Notes: a model not told the origin generated them from the sequence alone. 64,000 nucleotides of DNA from Candidatus Omnitrophota bacterium (GCA_043815185.1 JBDRJF010000001.1:11801-75800); one strand, 5' to 3'; shown: positions 41,025 through 52,026, counted from the stretch's first letter. Program-made: numbers and translations.

Positions 41025-41105
41025 ACACGAATTGCCACGAATCTAATATAACAATTACCACCAATTATTCGTGGTAATTTGTATGCAATTAGCGGTAATT
41101 CGTGT
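41025..41105. repeat. Periodic palindrome, 10-nt units
   Basis: ACACGAATTGCCACGAAT pairs with ATTAGCGGTAATTCGTGT; AATTACCACCAAT pairs with ATTCGTGGTAATT. Confidence 0.75.
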
Positions 41106-41633
41106 TCATACTTTTTCTACCTGCCAAAATTCAAGCTCTACCGGCGTTGTCCGCCCAAAAATTGAAACATTAACTTTTAGTTTACCCTTATCAAGTGAAA
41201 CTGCTTCAATCACACCATTAAAGTTAATAAACGGGCCTTCGATCACGCGAATATTTTCACCCTTACTAAAACTTACCTTTGGCGCTGGTTTAGCCTTACT
41301 CTCCTCCGCCTTTACCAAGATTCGGTCAACCTCATCTTGAGATATCGGTGAAGGCTTTCTCCGTGGACCGATAAAGGCGGTAATCCCCGGGGTGCTGCGT
41401 ACAAAGAGCCAAGTATCATCATTCATTTCCATATGGATAAGAATATATCCCGGAAAAAATTTTCGCTCTAAAACTTTTTTCTTACCCAGCTTTACCTCAG
41501 TAATCTGCTCCTTAGGAATAACAACCTTATCAATTAAATCTTCGTAGCTGCTTGAGCTTATCTTTGTTTCAAGGTTTAACTTAGCCTTATCTTCCACTCC
41601 GCTTAAAGTATGTAGTATATACCACTTTTTCAT
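41106..41633 (-). CDS. nusG: Transcription termination/antitermination factor NusG
   Basis: WYILHTLSG, FFPGYI, GPF (KOW), IFGRTTPVEL. Confidence 0.98.
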   Translation of the reverse strand: MKKWYILHTLSGVEDKAKLNLETKISSSSYEDLIDKVVIPKEQITEVKLGKKKVLERKFFPGYILIHMEMNDDTWLFVRSTPGITAFIGPRRKPSPISQDEVDRILVKAEESKAKPAPKVSFSKGENIRVIEGPFINFNGVIEAVSLDKGKLKVNVSIFGRTTPVELEFWQVEKV

Positions 41634-41666
41634 TATTTATTTAATTAATTAAATTTTTAGGGGTGA

Positions 41667-41861
41667 TTACTGCAATAGAATTTGAACTAATTTTGATAAA
41701 CCTAAATCCACGGAAGCAATGTAGGCGGTTAAAAGACTGGCGGCAATAACTACAATTGTTGCTGCAGCTATTAATTCGTGTCGCGAAGACCAGCTTACCT
41801 TTTTTAATTCCTCTCTTACTTCTTTTAAGAATCTCGGGATTCCCTTTAATTTTTTGATCAT
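41667..41861 (-). CDS. secE: Preprotein translocase SecE (single-TM form)
   Basis: FLKEVREELKKVSWS plus one TM helix; upstream of nusG. Confidence 0.95.
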   Translation of the reverse strand: MIKKLKGIPRFLKEVREELKKVSWSSRHELIAAATIVVIAASLLTAYIASVDLGLSKLVQILLQ

Positions 41862-41890
41862 CTCGTAATCAATAGTTTAATAGTTTTCAG

Positions 41891-41963
41891 CAGGCGAGGC
41901 AGGAATTGAACCTGCAACCCCCGGTTTTGGAGACCGGTGCTCTGCCAATTGAGCCACTCGCCT
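41891..41963 (-). tRNA. tRNA-Trp(CCA), CCA end not encoded
   Basis: AGGCGAG acceptor, CCGGT-CTCCAAA-ACCGG anticodon arm, GGTTCAATTCC T-arm. Confidence 0.97.
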
Positions 41964-42042
41964 AAATTAGCGATCGGTTTTCCAAATATAATTGACTTAC
42001 CCAATTATCCTATTCAAAATCAATACAACAAAGAACCTATTA

Positions 42043-42195
42043 TTACGGCTTTGCTTCTTTATGTTCAGTATACTTCCGTTCCCAAGAGCAAAACTTTTTT
42101 ATCGAAACTTTTTCCGGATGTTTACGCTTATTCTTGGTAGTGTAGTAATTCTTTCGTTTACAGATTGTGCATGATAACGCAATTAATTCTCTCAT
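42043..42195 (-). CDS. rpmG: 50S ribosomal protein L33 (not in ORF track)
   Basis: Hand translation MRELIALSCTICKRKNYYTTKNKRKHPEKVSIKKFCSWERKYTEHKEAKP. Confidence 0.96.
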   Translation of the reverse strand: MRELIALSCTICKRKNYYTTKNKRKHPEKVSIKKFCSWERKYTEHKEAKP

Positions 42196-42281
42196 AAGGA
42201 CTTATAATACAAGAAGTCGGAAAGGGCCTACACCCTCCCCTTTCCACTTTTGTGGTTTTTAACTTATCTTCCCCTATTTTT

Positions 42282-42354
42282 AGCCCACGACCGGAATTGA
42301 ACCGGTGACCACTTCGTTACCAACGAAGTGCTCTACCGACTGAGCTACGTGGGC
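42282..42354 (-). tRNA. tRNA-Thr(GGT), CCA end not encoded
   Basis: GCCCACG acceptor, CTTCG-TTGGTAA-CGAAG anticodon arm, GGTTCAATTCC. Confidence 0.97.
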
Positions 42355-42392
42355 AATTTTCCTTTAAAATCAAGGAAAAAGCAGACCTAAAG

Positions 42393-42420
42393 ATGATACT
42401 ATAAAAGCTATTTTTGTCAA
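42393..42420 (-). promoter_or_regulatory. Sigma70-type promoter heading the ribosomal super-cluster
   Basis: Minus strand TTGACA-16 nt-TATCAT with an A/T-rich upstream (UP-like) tract. Confidence 0.65.
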
Positions 42421-42457
42421 GAAAAAAATAGCGAAATAAAGGAATTAAATATTTTGA

Positions 42458-44745
<2,288 letters not shown>

Positions 44746-45675
44746 CTACTTTAAACGCTCTCCGTTTTTTATCCGGTACCCACAGGCAAAACTCCAGGCA
44801 TCCATCTCGGACTTACCCTGAGGTTTTACCTTTTTAATTTGTAAAACCCCTTTACCGCAGGCAACCGAAATTCCCTCTTTGGTGATAGCGACAATTGTTC
44901 CTGGTGGATCAATTGAGTCTTGATCTATAACATCACCCTTGAGTATTTTAAACATTAGATCCTGATAATAGCTATAAGCTGAAGGCCAACCTAAAGTTGC
45001 CCGAGTTAAGTTCCTGATATCTTGAGCCCGGCTTTCCCAAGCAATACGGCCATCTTCTTTTTTAAGTTTAGAGGTTAAAGTCACTAACTTATCATCCTGG
45101 GGCCTCAGGGAATAGGTATTGTTATTTATCTTGTTTATTGCTTGGATCAGCAATAAAACCCCATTTTTAGCCAATCTTTTACTTAAAGAGAAGAAATCAT
45201 CATCATAATTGACCGCTAAGGTCTGCTGTAAAATTATATCTCCGGCATCAACTTCTCTATTCATTTTAAAGATAGTAACCCCGCTCTCCTGTTCACCATT
45301 AATCAAAGTTTCCTCTATCGGTGCAGCCCCTCGATAACGGGGAAGCAGCGAAGGATGGATGCAAAGAGGAAGTACTTTAGGGAGGTTGAGGAGACTTTCA
45401 GGGATAATTTCTCCGTAATCAACAACAATAAAAAAATCTGCGTCTTCTTTATATAATATCTCTTTAACTGCCTCTCCCTTTAGGGATGCCGGTTTAATAA
45501 GCTGAATTTTCTTATCCTGAGCAAACTGGCTTACTTCAGTAGCTGAAAGTTTCAAACCTCTCCCCTTAGGCTGATCAGGCCTGCTAACTATAAGCACTGG
45601 AACATAGCTCTGAGAGTAAAGCTCCTCTAAGATGATTTTAGAAAACTGGGAACTGCCAAAATAGACAAATCTCAT
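44746..45675 (-). CDS. fmt: Methionyl-tRNA formyltransferase
   Basis: PDQPKGRG, HPSLLPRYRGAAPI, DAGDI, C-terminal domain. Confidence 0.95.
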   Translation of the reverse strand: MRFVYFGSSQFSKIILEELYSQSYVPVLIVSRPDQPKGRGLKLSATEVSQFAQDKKIQLIKPASLKGEAVKEILYKEDADFFIVVDYGEIIPESLLNLPKVLPLCIHPSLLPRYRGAAPIEETLINGEQESGVTIFKMNREVDAGDIILQQTLAVNYDDDFFSLSKRLAKNGVLLLIQAINKINNNTYSLRPQDDKLVTLTSKLKKEDGRIAWESRAQDIRNLTRATLGWPSAYSYYQDLMFKILKGDVIDQDSIDPPGTIVAITKEGISVACGKGVLQIKKVKPQGKSEMDAWSFACGYRIKNGERLK

Positions 45676-47459
45676 CGTAAACTCACTGCCAATTGTATTG
45701 AAGAAGTACGGGAATCTTTAACCGCTTCTTTAATTAACTTTCTTGATAAAGAATCTTTCCTGGTTTTAACTATCAGTGAATAACGAAATTTATCTCGCAA
45801 TTTAAACGGTTTTTCTTCAAAAGGCCCATAGGCCTCTTTGAATTTCCCCTCTAACTTATCATATAAACCCTTTGCATTTTTTAAAAGGGTTCTTTTGTTC
45901 TTGGACCTTAAGGTAATCTTGGCGATAAGCCCAAAAGGAGGCAGCTGTGATTTCTTTCTGAATCGAAGCTCTAATTCATAAAAATCCTCCCAGCGGTCAT
46001 TCAACTGTTGAAAAAGATAATAGTCCTTATGGCTGGTAAATACATAAAGGGAATCCTGGAGCAGACGAAGAAGTTTCCGCAGGTAGATAAAGGTCGTGAA
46101 AGTCGCATCATAGTCTAAGTGGTTTAAGAAAGAATCAGCGTCAAGGACAAAACCCCTATCGAATTTTACCGGATCATAAAGGTGACTTAGGACTTTCGAT
46201 GTCGAAAGTGTGACTTGTGTGTCGTCGGAAAAATTTGCTAAATTGTCAATCTTGACTTCCGGGAACATCCTTCTTAATGAGCTCTCCAGCCTTTGAATGC
46301 CGTAACCCTTACTCTTTAAATAACCGCTGTTACACTGGTTGCAAATCTTAGGCAGAAGGGTTTTTCTTTGACAATAAGGACATATTCCTTCCTGGCTATT
46401 CAAAGACGATTGGAGGAAGCCTGAGCAGTGTTGACATTTAAAAATATGTCCGCAGCTGAAACAGGAAACCTGAGCGAATCCTTTTCGATTCCACAAAATA
46501 ATTGCTTTCTTCTTATCCTGGATAGCCTTTTGCAGGAGGTCAGTTAAAATTGGATTAATAACTCCACTTTTATTAAACTCAGACGTACCGATTATCCCGA
46601 TAGGCCTACTATTATTGCTTTTACCCAGCAATCTTACTGTTCCTTCTTTTATACGTTTATAAGTAGCTAAGGACGGGTAATCACCGCTTAAAATTAAACC
46701 TACACTTTTAATTTGTGACAAAACCCAAGCTACATCAGGAAGCCAATGATAAGGTTTTTCTTCCTGAGAATAGCAGTGATCATTCTCCTCTTCAACCACA
46801 ATCAATCTCAAGTCAGTTGGGTAATAAAAAATAGCCACTCGTGTTCCCAGGATTAAAGAATTTTCTCTGGTTTTACTCCAGCTGGAAAAGAGTTCTTTCT
46901 CTCCTTCCTGACTGTGGATTACCTTTGTTTGATCCGGAAAATCCCTTTCAATAATCTTTCTTGCCGCCTTAAGGAAAGTAAGCTGCGGAAAACAAATAAG
47001 AACCGACCCCTGCTTTAACTTCTCTTTTACTATATCTTTCCATAGTTGATATCTCTCTAGGAAGCTCTCACCCTTAATAAATTTATTTTCAACAGCATTC
47101 TTGCTATTGACCCCAACACTGCTAAGTTGCAAATCTAATTTCCGCGGCTTCTTAAGGTAGGGAGGAAACATCATAAATAAAAATTCACCCTTAGCATAAG
47201 GGTAAAAGTTGCTCAGTTGTTTAGCAAAAAGTAGGTGCTCCTCACCCAGCAGGGCTTGGGAATCAAGAAGATCGATGATTGGTTTTAGTTTCCGAAAAGA
47301 CGGCCCACTTATTACAGCTACCACAATGCCAATTCGCTTCTTACGGTTAAAATCTACCAAAACCCGCATCCCCGGTTTTGCCTCGAGGTGTGATGGACAA
47401 AAATAATCAAATTCCTTATCTAAAGATATTGAAATTACTACCCTGGCTACCCTAAGCAT
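45672..47459 (-). CDS. priA: Primosomal protein N' (PriA) homolog with degenerate helicase motifs
   Basis: N-terminal 3'-binding domain (FDY, GMRVLVDF), LGTRVAIF, NRKGFA, four CxxC pairs, LPPF; adjacent to fmt. Confidence 0.85.
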   Translation of the reverse strand: MLRVARVVISISLDKEFDYFCPSHLEAKPGMRVLVDFNRKKRIGIVVAVISGPSFRKLKPIIDLLDSQALLGEEHLLFAKQLSNFYPYAKGEFLFMMFPPYLKKPRKLDLQLSSVGVNSKNAVENKFIKGESFLERYQLWKDIVKEKLKQGSVLICFPQLTFLKAARKIIERDFPDQTKVIHSQEGEKELFSSWSKTRENSLILGTRVAIFYYPTDLRLIVVEEENDHCYSQEEKPYHWLPDVAWVLSQIKSVGLILSGDYPSLATYKRIKEGTVRLLGKSNNSRPIGIIGTSEFNKSGVINPILTDLLQKAIQDKKKAIILWNRKGFAQVSCFSCGHIFKCQHCSGFLQSSLNSQEGICPYCQRKTLLPKICNQCNSGYLKSKGYGIQRLESSLRRMFPEVKIDNLANFSDDTQVTLSTSKVLSHLYDPVKFDRGFVLDADSFLNHLDYDATFTTFIYLRKLLRLLQDSLYVFTSHKDYYLFQQLNDRWEDFYELELRFRKKSQLPPFGLIAKITLRSKNKRTLLKNAKGLYDKLEGKFKEAYGPFEEKPFKLRDKFRYSLIVKTRKDSLSRKLIKEAVKDSRTSSIQLAVSLR

Positions 47460-48510
47460 TGCCCCATCTTGCGATTAAATCTAATAAAGGTTTACGGATA
47501 TCTTTAACTTCTAAGGGATAGTTATTTTGTAATTCACTGCTTTTTGTATTATAATAATGGACGGCTGCAACTAATTCTTCAGCCCCGCGGACAAATCTAG
47601 CTATACCATACTTGATTAACAGTGCCATATTAGCCCTCTCCTGCCCCGGAATATAGTGGGTGAAAATAAAAGGTTTCCGCTTATAAAGGCCCTCAAAAAT
47701 AGTCATTCCGCCGGGCTTGGAAATGATAATTGTGCTTGCTGAAAAAAACTCCCAGATTTGATCATAAAAGGAGAAGAATCGAATATACGGTGAGTCTAAA
47801 TCTTCCAGGCATTTTTTTAGCTTTTTATTTTTGCCATAAATAAGAAAAATATTGAAATCATTTACCAGGGTCTTGATGGCTGCTTTTAGATAAGGGAACC
47901 TACCCCTTAAAGAAGAGACAAAAATAAGTATTGGTCTCGGGTTGAGGCTAAATTTCTTACGCAAATATTCTATAGGAATCTTTTTTAAAAAACCTACACG
48001 TAAAGGAACATAGCCAAAAGTAATTTTATCATTGGCGACCCCTAGGTTAATTAAATCACGCTTGGTTACTTCTAAAGCCGCAAAATAATGATCGATACAC
48101 TCGGCAACCCATAAGGGATGAACCCGCAAATCAGTGATTACCGCAACTACTTTGCAGTTTAACTCATTTTTTAGGGTTGCGATCAGACTGGAGGCAAAAA
48201 AATGGGTAACGATTATTGTTCCCGGGCGTCTATCTCTTAAATACTTAAAGAATTTGGAGAAGATTGAACGATTAATCCTGTTTAACCAAGAAGAAAAAAG
48301 TTTTTGCTTAGCAAAGAAGAATAATCCTTTCCAAAGCCAAGGAAAATATTGGGTTATAGCTAAATAGCTCAAAGAATAAATATTTCTCAAAAAAGGATGG
48401 GTAAAGCTTAAAAGATCACAAAGTTGAGTATCGGGCAAATATTTTAATGCAAAAGCAGCTCTCTTGTGCCCTTCTCCAAAACTAGCATAAACAATTAGAG
48501 TTTTAGCCAT
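47452..48510 (-). CDS. GT28 MGDG-synthase/UgtP-like glycosyltransferase
   Basis: SFGEGHKRAA, VITD, SKPGGMT, PGQERAN. Confidence 0.88.
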   Translation of the reverse strand: MAKTLIVYASFGEGHKRAAFALKYLPDTQLCDLLSFTHPFLRNIYSLSYLAITQYFPWLWKGLFFFAKQKLFSSWLNRINRSIFSKFFKYLRDRRPGTIIVTHFFASSLIATLKNELNCKVVAVITDLRVHPLWVAECIDHYFAALEVTKRDLINLGVANDKITFGYVPLRVGFLKKIPIEYLRKKFSLNPRPILIFVSSLRGRFPYLKAAIKTLVNDFNIFLIYGKNKKLKKCLEDLDSPYIRFFSFYDQIWEFFSASTIIISKPGGMTIFEGLYKRKPFIFTHYIPGQERANMALLIKYGIARFVRGAEELVAAVHYYNTKSSELQNNYPLEVKDIRKPLLDLIARWGNA

Positions 48511-49063
48511 AGTGAGCGCATAAATAATCTGCCGCTACCTGTAAATTATCAAATACATGATCCGGTTCAAACTCCCAATAGCTACGGTCGGATTCTTTTT
48601 CCTTGCCCGAAAGGACCAGTATTGATTTTGCTCCAAAGCAATGCGCGGCACGCATATCCCGGAAAGAATCACCGATGAAAAAAGATATCGCCGGAATAAG
48701 ACCTAAATCAGCTATTGCTCGCTTCAAGAGGCCAGTTTTAGGTTTACGGCAATTACAATTGTCTGAATCACGATGGGTACAATAATAAATACCCTCTATT
48801 TGAACCCCTTGCTTATTAAAGGCCTTTAGCATTCCCTGGTTTATCCGTTCTAAATCAGCCTGGGTATATAATCCTTTGGCGATGCCAGCCTGATTTGAAA
48901 TAACATAGAGTTTAAATCCGCAGAGGAAAAGCCGTTTTGCCCCTTCAATACTTCCGGGGATAAACTTAAATTTACTCCAATTCGTAACATAATTAGTACA
49001 CCCGGGGTATTGATTAATTACTCCGTCACGATCAAGAAAAACTATTCGTACCCCCTCTGTCAC
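48503..49063 (-). CDS. gmhB: D-glycero-D-manno-heptose 1,7-bisphosphate phosphatase (HAD IIIA)
   Basis: FLDRDGVIN, ISNQAG, CTH...CNCRKPKTG, IGDS; GTG 49063 preceded by GGAGGA. Confidence 0.85.
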   Translation of the reverse strand: MTEGVRIVFLDRDGVINQYPGCTNYVTNWSKFKFIPGSIEGAKRLFLCGFKLYVISNQAGIAKGLYTQADLERINQGMLKAFNKQGVQIEGIYYCTHRDSDNCNCRKPKTGLLKRAIADLGLIPAISFFIGDSFRDMRAAHCFGAKSILVLSGKEKESDRSYWEFEPDHVFDNLQVAADYLCAHYG

Positions 49064-49125
49064 AATCTCCTCCTGCAACTTCTTATATTAACACCAAACC
49101 CTTTAGTTTAAAAGGAAAACTCTCT

Positions 49126-49827
49126 TTAAAACTTAAAAAAAGAATATATCTTTTCCCGCTCGATAAGTTTATAGCTGCCTGGTGCCAGTTTCCCCAAAAC
49201 TAATCCGCCAATTCTCACTCTCGTTAATTCCCTTACCGGAGAACCCAAACACTTAAATAACCTTCGCAAATGTCTTTTTTTCCCCTCAGAGACCACTACC
49301 TTGCCTAAAGTCTGATTCCGGCCCCGCTTTAATACTTTAATACTTCTTAAGCTTAAATATTCACCATCCACCCAACAACCTTTCTTAGCCTTCTGGCAAT
49401 CTCTAAGGGTCAGCGCTTTGTTGAACTCGACCAGATATTCTTTTTCTATTGCGAACTTGGGGTGGGTCAGACGATAACAAAAATCTCCATCATTGGTAAG
49501 AATTAGCAACCCGGAAGATTGCTTATCTAACCTTCCTACCGGATAAATTCCCCGGAAATTTCTGGGAAAAAAGTCAATTACCTTCTTATCTGCAAATTTA
49601 TCGCTGAGAGTTGTAGTCACGCCCTTAGGCTTATTAAACAAAATATAAAGGTGCTTTTTTAAACTTAATAGTTCTCGGTTAACGGTGATTTTATCGCTGC
49701 TACTAACCATTCGAAAAGGTTCAAAGACCTTTTGACCGTTTAGCTCTATCTTACCTTCCTTAATCAGACGATCAGCTCCTCTTCTCGAAGCATAACCGCT
49801 CTTAGCAATAAAAAGATTAAGACGCAT
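49126..49827 (-). CDS. rRNA pseudouridine synthase, RluB/RsuA family
   Basis: S4 domain SRRGAD, NKPKG, PVGRLD, LTNDGD, LTHP, EGKKR; start at ATG 49827. Confidence 0.92.
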   Translation of the reverse strand: MRLNLFIAKSGYASRRGADRLIKEGKIELNGQKVFEPFRMVSSSDKITVNRELLSLKKHLYILFNKPKGVTTTLSDKFADKKVIDFFPRNFRGIYPVGRLDKQSSGLLILTNDGDFCYRLTHPKFAIEKEYLVEFNKALTLRDCQKAKKGCWVDGEYLSLRSIKVLKRGRNQTLGKVVVSEGKKRHLRRLFKCLGSPVRELTRVRIGGLVLGKLAPGSYKLIEREKIYSFFKF

Positions 49828-51064
49828 TATTTCTTTTTGATCGGGCCAAAGAAACAAAGACTTTATCGCCATCTATAGCCTCTATTGCTACTGGAACAAT
49901 TTGTCCCAGTGAAATTTTATCCTTTATCCAAACCCGGATGTAATTTTCAGTATGACCGGATATGTAACCCTGGTTTTCTTCCTCGGCTACCATATTAAGT
50001 ATTTTGCCTAAAAATTTCTGCTTATAGTTGCGCGCAAAATCGCTGGATAACCTTCTTAAAAAATTATAGCGTTGACGGATTATCTTAGAATCCTTAATTT
50101 TCACCTTTGAAAATCGGGTATTCTCCCGGGGAGAAAAGGTAAAAATATGCATTCGCATTGGTTTAATCATTGTTAAAAAATTTACAGTATTTCGAAAACT
50201 CTCTTCACTCTCAGTGGGAAAACCAACCATAATGTCACAACTTATCGCTGCTTCAGGCCTAATTTTTCTTATTTGAAAGACCTTATCCTGATATAGATTC
50301 ACCGTCTCTTTTTTATTCATCTCAGCCAATATTCGATCATCACCATACTGAAAAGGAAAGTGAAAATGCGGACATAACTTCTCATGGTGAAGTAATGAAA
50401 ACAATTCCTGATTCAAAAACAGCGGTTCTAAGGAACTTAAACGTAATCTGCCTAAAGAAGACACCTTTAAGAGGTCTTTTACCAAACTCCCTAAAGTACT
50501 CTCAGGAGTTAAATCCCTGCCCCAAAGGCCTAAATTTACTCCGCAAAGCACAATCTCTTTATGCCTACGGCAAACTTTTTTAATCTCAGCAATTGCCGCA
50601 GCCTTAGTCTTGCTGCGAGAAGAACCTCTTAAATAGGGAATTTTGCAAAAGGAACAAGAATTGTCACAGCCGTCCTGAACCTTAACAAAGGCTCGATGGT
50701 TTGAGAAGCGGGTTATCTTAAAAGCTTTCTTTGAAGAAGGAAAACCCAGAATAATGTCGGGCAAAAAAGCTTTTTGGTCCTGAGAAATAATATAATCGAC
50801 TCCTAATTCAGCAATAAAATCCCGATTTAACTGAGCCAGACATCCCGAAACTGCAATTTTCGCCTCAGGATTCTCTTTTTTGGCCCGCAAGATTGTGTCT
50901 TTTGACTTGCTATCAGCGCGGGAAGTAACCGTGCAGGTATTAATTATATAGAGATCAGCCTTCTCCTCAGTTATCTTATGACCCCGGTGTAAAAATTGTT
51001 CTTTCAAACCTTGGGTCTCATATTGATTAACCTTACAGCCAAGTGTAAAAAATTTTACCCTCAT
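49817..51064 (-). CDS. mtaB: tRNA t6A37 methylthiotransferase MtaB
   Basis: TLGCKVNQYE, NTCTVT, GC, QDGCDNSCSFC radical SAM motif; downstream of rsmE. Confidence 0.9.
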   Translation of the reverse strand: MRVKFFTLGCKVNQYETQGLKEQFLHRGHKITEEKADLYIINTCTVTSRADSKSKDTILRAKKENPEAKIAVSGCLAQLNRDFIAELGVDYIISQDQKAFLPDIILGFPSSKKAFKITRFSNHRAFVKVQDGCDNSCSFCKIPYLRGSSRSKTKAAAIAEIKKVCRRHKEIVLCGVNLGLWGRDLTPESTLGSLVKDLLKVSSLGRLRLSSLEPLFLNQELFSLLHHEKLCPHFHFPFQYGDDRILAEMNKKETVNLYQDKVFQIRKIRPEAAISCDIMVGFPTESEESFRNTVNFLTMIKPMRMHIFTFSPRENTRFSKVKIKDSKIIRQRYNFLRRLSSDFARNYKQKFLGKILNMVAEEENQGYISGHTENYIRVWIKDKISLGQIVPVAIEAIDGDKVFVSLARSKRNNAS

Positions 51065-51789
51065 GTTTTATAAACATCTTGATTAAAAAAGTAATTAACT
51101 AACCCGGCAGCAAATACAGCAGCAGTCTCCATCCGTAATAGATTAATGGATAATTTAATAAATTTAAAGTTATTTTCGCGTAATTTAGCCCATTCCGCCG
51201 GGGTAAAATCTCCTTCAGGACCAACAATAATAAAAATTTCCTTCTGCCTCGTATTGAGAACGCTCTTAAGCTTATCTCCCTTAATCGAAGCAGCTAATTT
51301 AACCTGATAGCACTTTTCAATAACCTTATTAAAGCTCAAAATATTATTAACCGGCGGCAACCACAATCTTCCCGATTGCCGGGCTGCTTCAATAACTATT
51401 TTCTCCCATCGCATTAACTTATTGGATAAGGAACTTATCTTGAAACTTCTTTGGCAGGTAAAGGGAATAAACTCTGAGACCCCCAGTTCTGTGGCCTTCT
51501 GCAAAATAAAATTAATCTTTTCTTCTTTAGTAACCGGAAAAGCCAGAATTACTTTCGGCTCAGGAAAGCATTCTTTAAGTGATTCCCTTACTTTTTTTAA
51601 GGATATTTGTTTTCTGGAAATATCTTTTATGGCATATAGGTATTCCTTGCCCTGACCATCAAAAACAAATAGTTCATTCTTGCGCCCCAGGCGTAAAACA
51701 TTCCTTAATTTATGGATAGTATTCTTACCGCTTATCTCAATGAAATTTTCTACTTTTTCTGGTTGGATATAAATGCGTATCTTGGACAT
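51061..51789 (-). CDS. rsmE: 16S rRNA m3U1498 methyltransferase
   Basis: HKLRNVLR, QKATELGV, EAARQSGR, VGPEGDF, LRMETAA. Confidence 0.95.
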   Translation of the reverse strand: MSKIRIYIQPEKVENFIEISGKNTIHKLRNVLRLGRKNELFVFDGQGKEYLYAIKDISRKQISLKKVRESLKECFPEPKVILAFPVTKEEKINFILQKATELGVSEFIPFTCQRSFKISSLSNKLMRWEKIVIEAARQSGRLWLPPVNNILSFNKVIEKCYQVKLAASIKGDKLKSVLNTRQKEIFIIVGPEGDFTPAEWAKLRENNFKFIKLSINLLRMETAAVFAAGLVNYFFNQDVYKT

Positions 51790-51798
51790 TTCAAATTA

Positions 51799-51871
51799 TG
51801 GAGCCGACCCGATTTGAACGGGCGACCTCCTCGTTGCGAACGAGGCGTTCTCCCAGCTGAACTACGGCCCC
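51799..51871 (-). tRNA. tRNA-Ala(CGC), CCA end not encoded
   Basis: GGGGCCG/CGGCTCC acceptor with G3:U70; CCTCG-TTCGCAA-CGAGG anticodon arm. Confidence 0.96.
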
Positions 51872-51919
51872 TATAGATAAACACAGCTTATGAATACAGA
51901 AGCTATCGGTTTATGAAAC

Positions 51920-51948
51920 ATTTTGACAAAGAAATATTTCGCTGTCAA
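51920..51948 (-). promoter_or_regulatory. Sigma70-type promoter embedded in a 26-bp palindrome
   Basis: Minus strand TTGACA-17 nt-CAAAAT (TGn extension); palindrome TTGACA-AA-GAAATATTTC-GC-TGTCAA. Confidence 0.55.
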
Positions 51949-52026
51949 GAAAAGTATAAATAAAAAACTATTAAATAATAACAAAGAATAAGGATTAAAG
52001 GCTTGATTAAAAAGACTAAGCAATCT

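Noticed and set aside
41937-42174. Plus-strand 67-aa and 60-aa ORFs
   Set aside because: They overlap tRNA-Trp and the real rpmG on the opposite strand.
45672-47459. priA as a pseudogene
   Set aside because: The reading frame is uninterrupted, coupled to both neighbours, and retains all Zn ligands.
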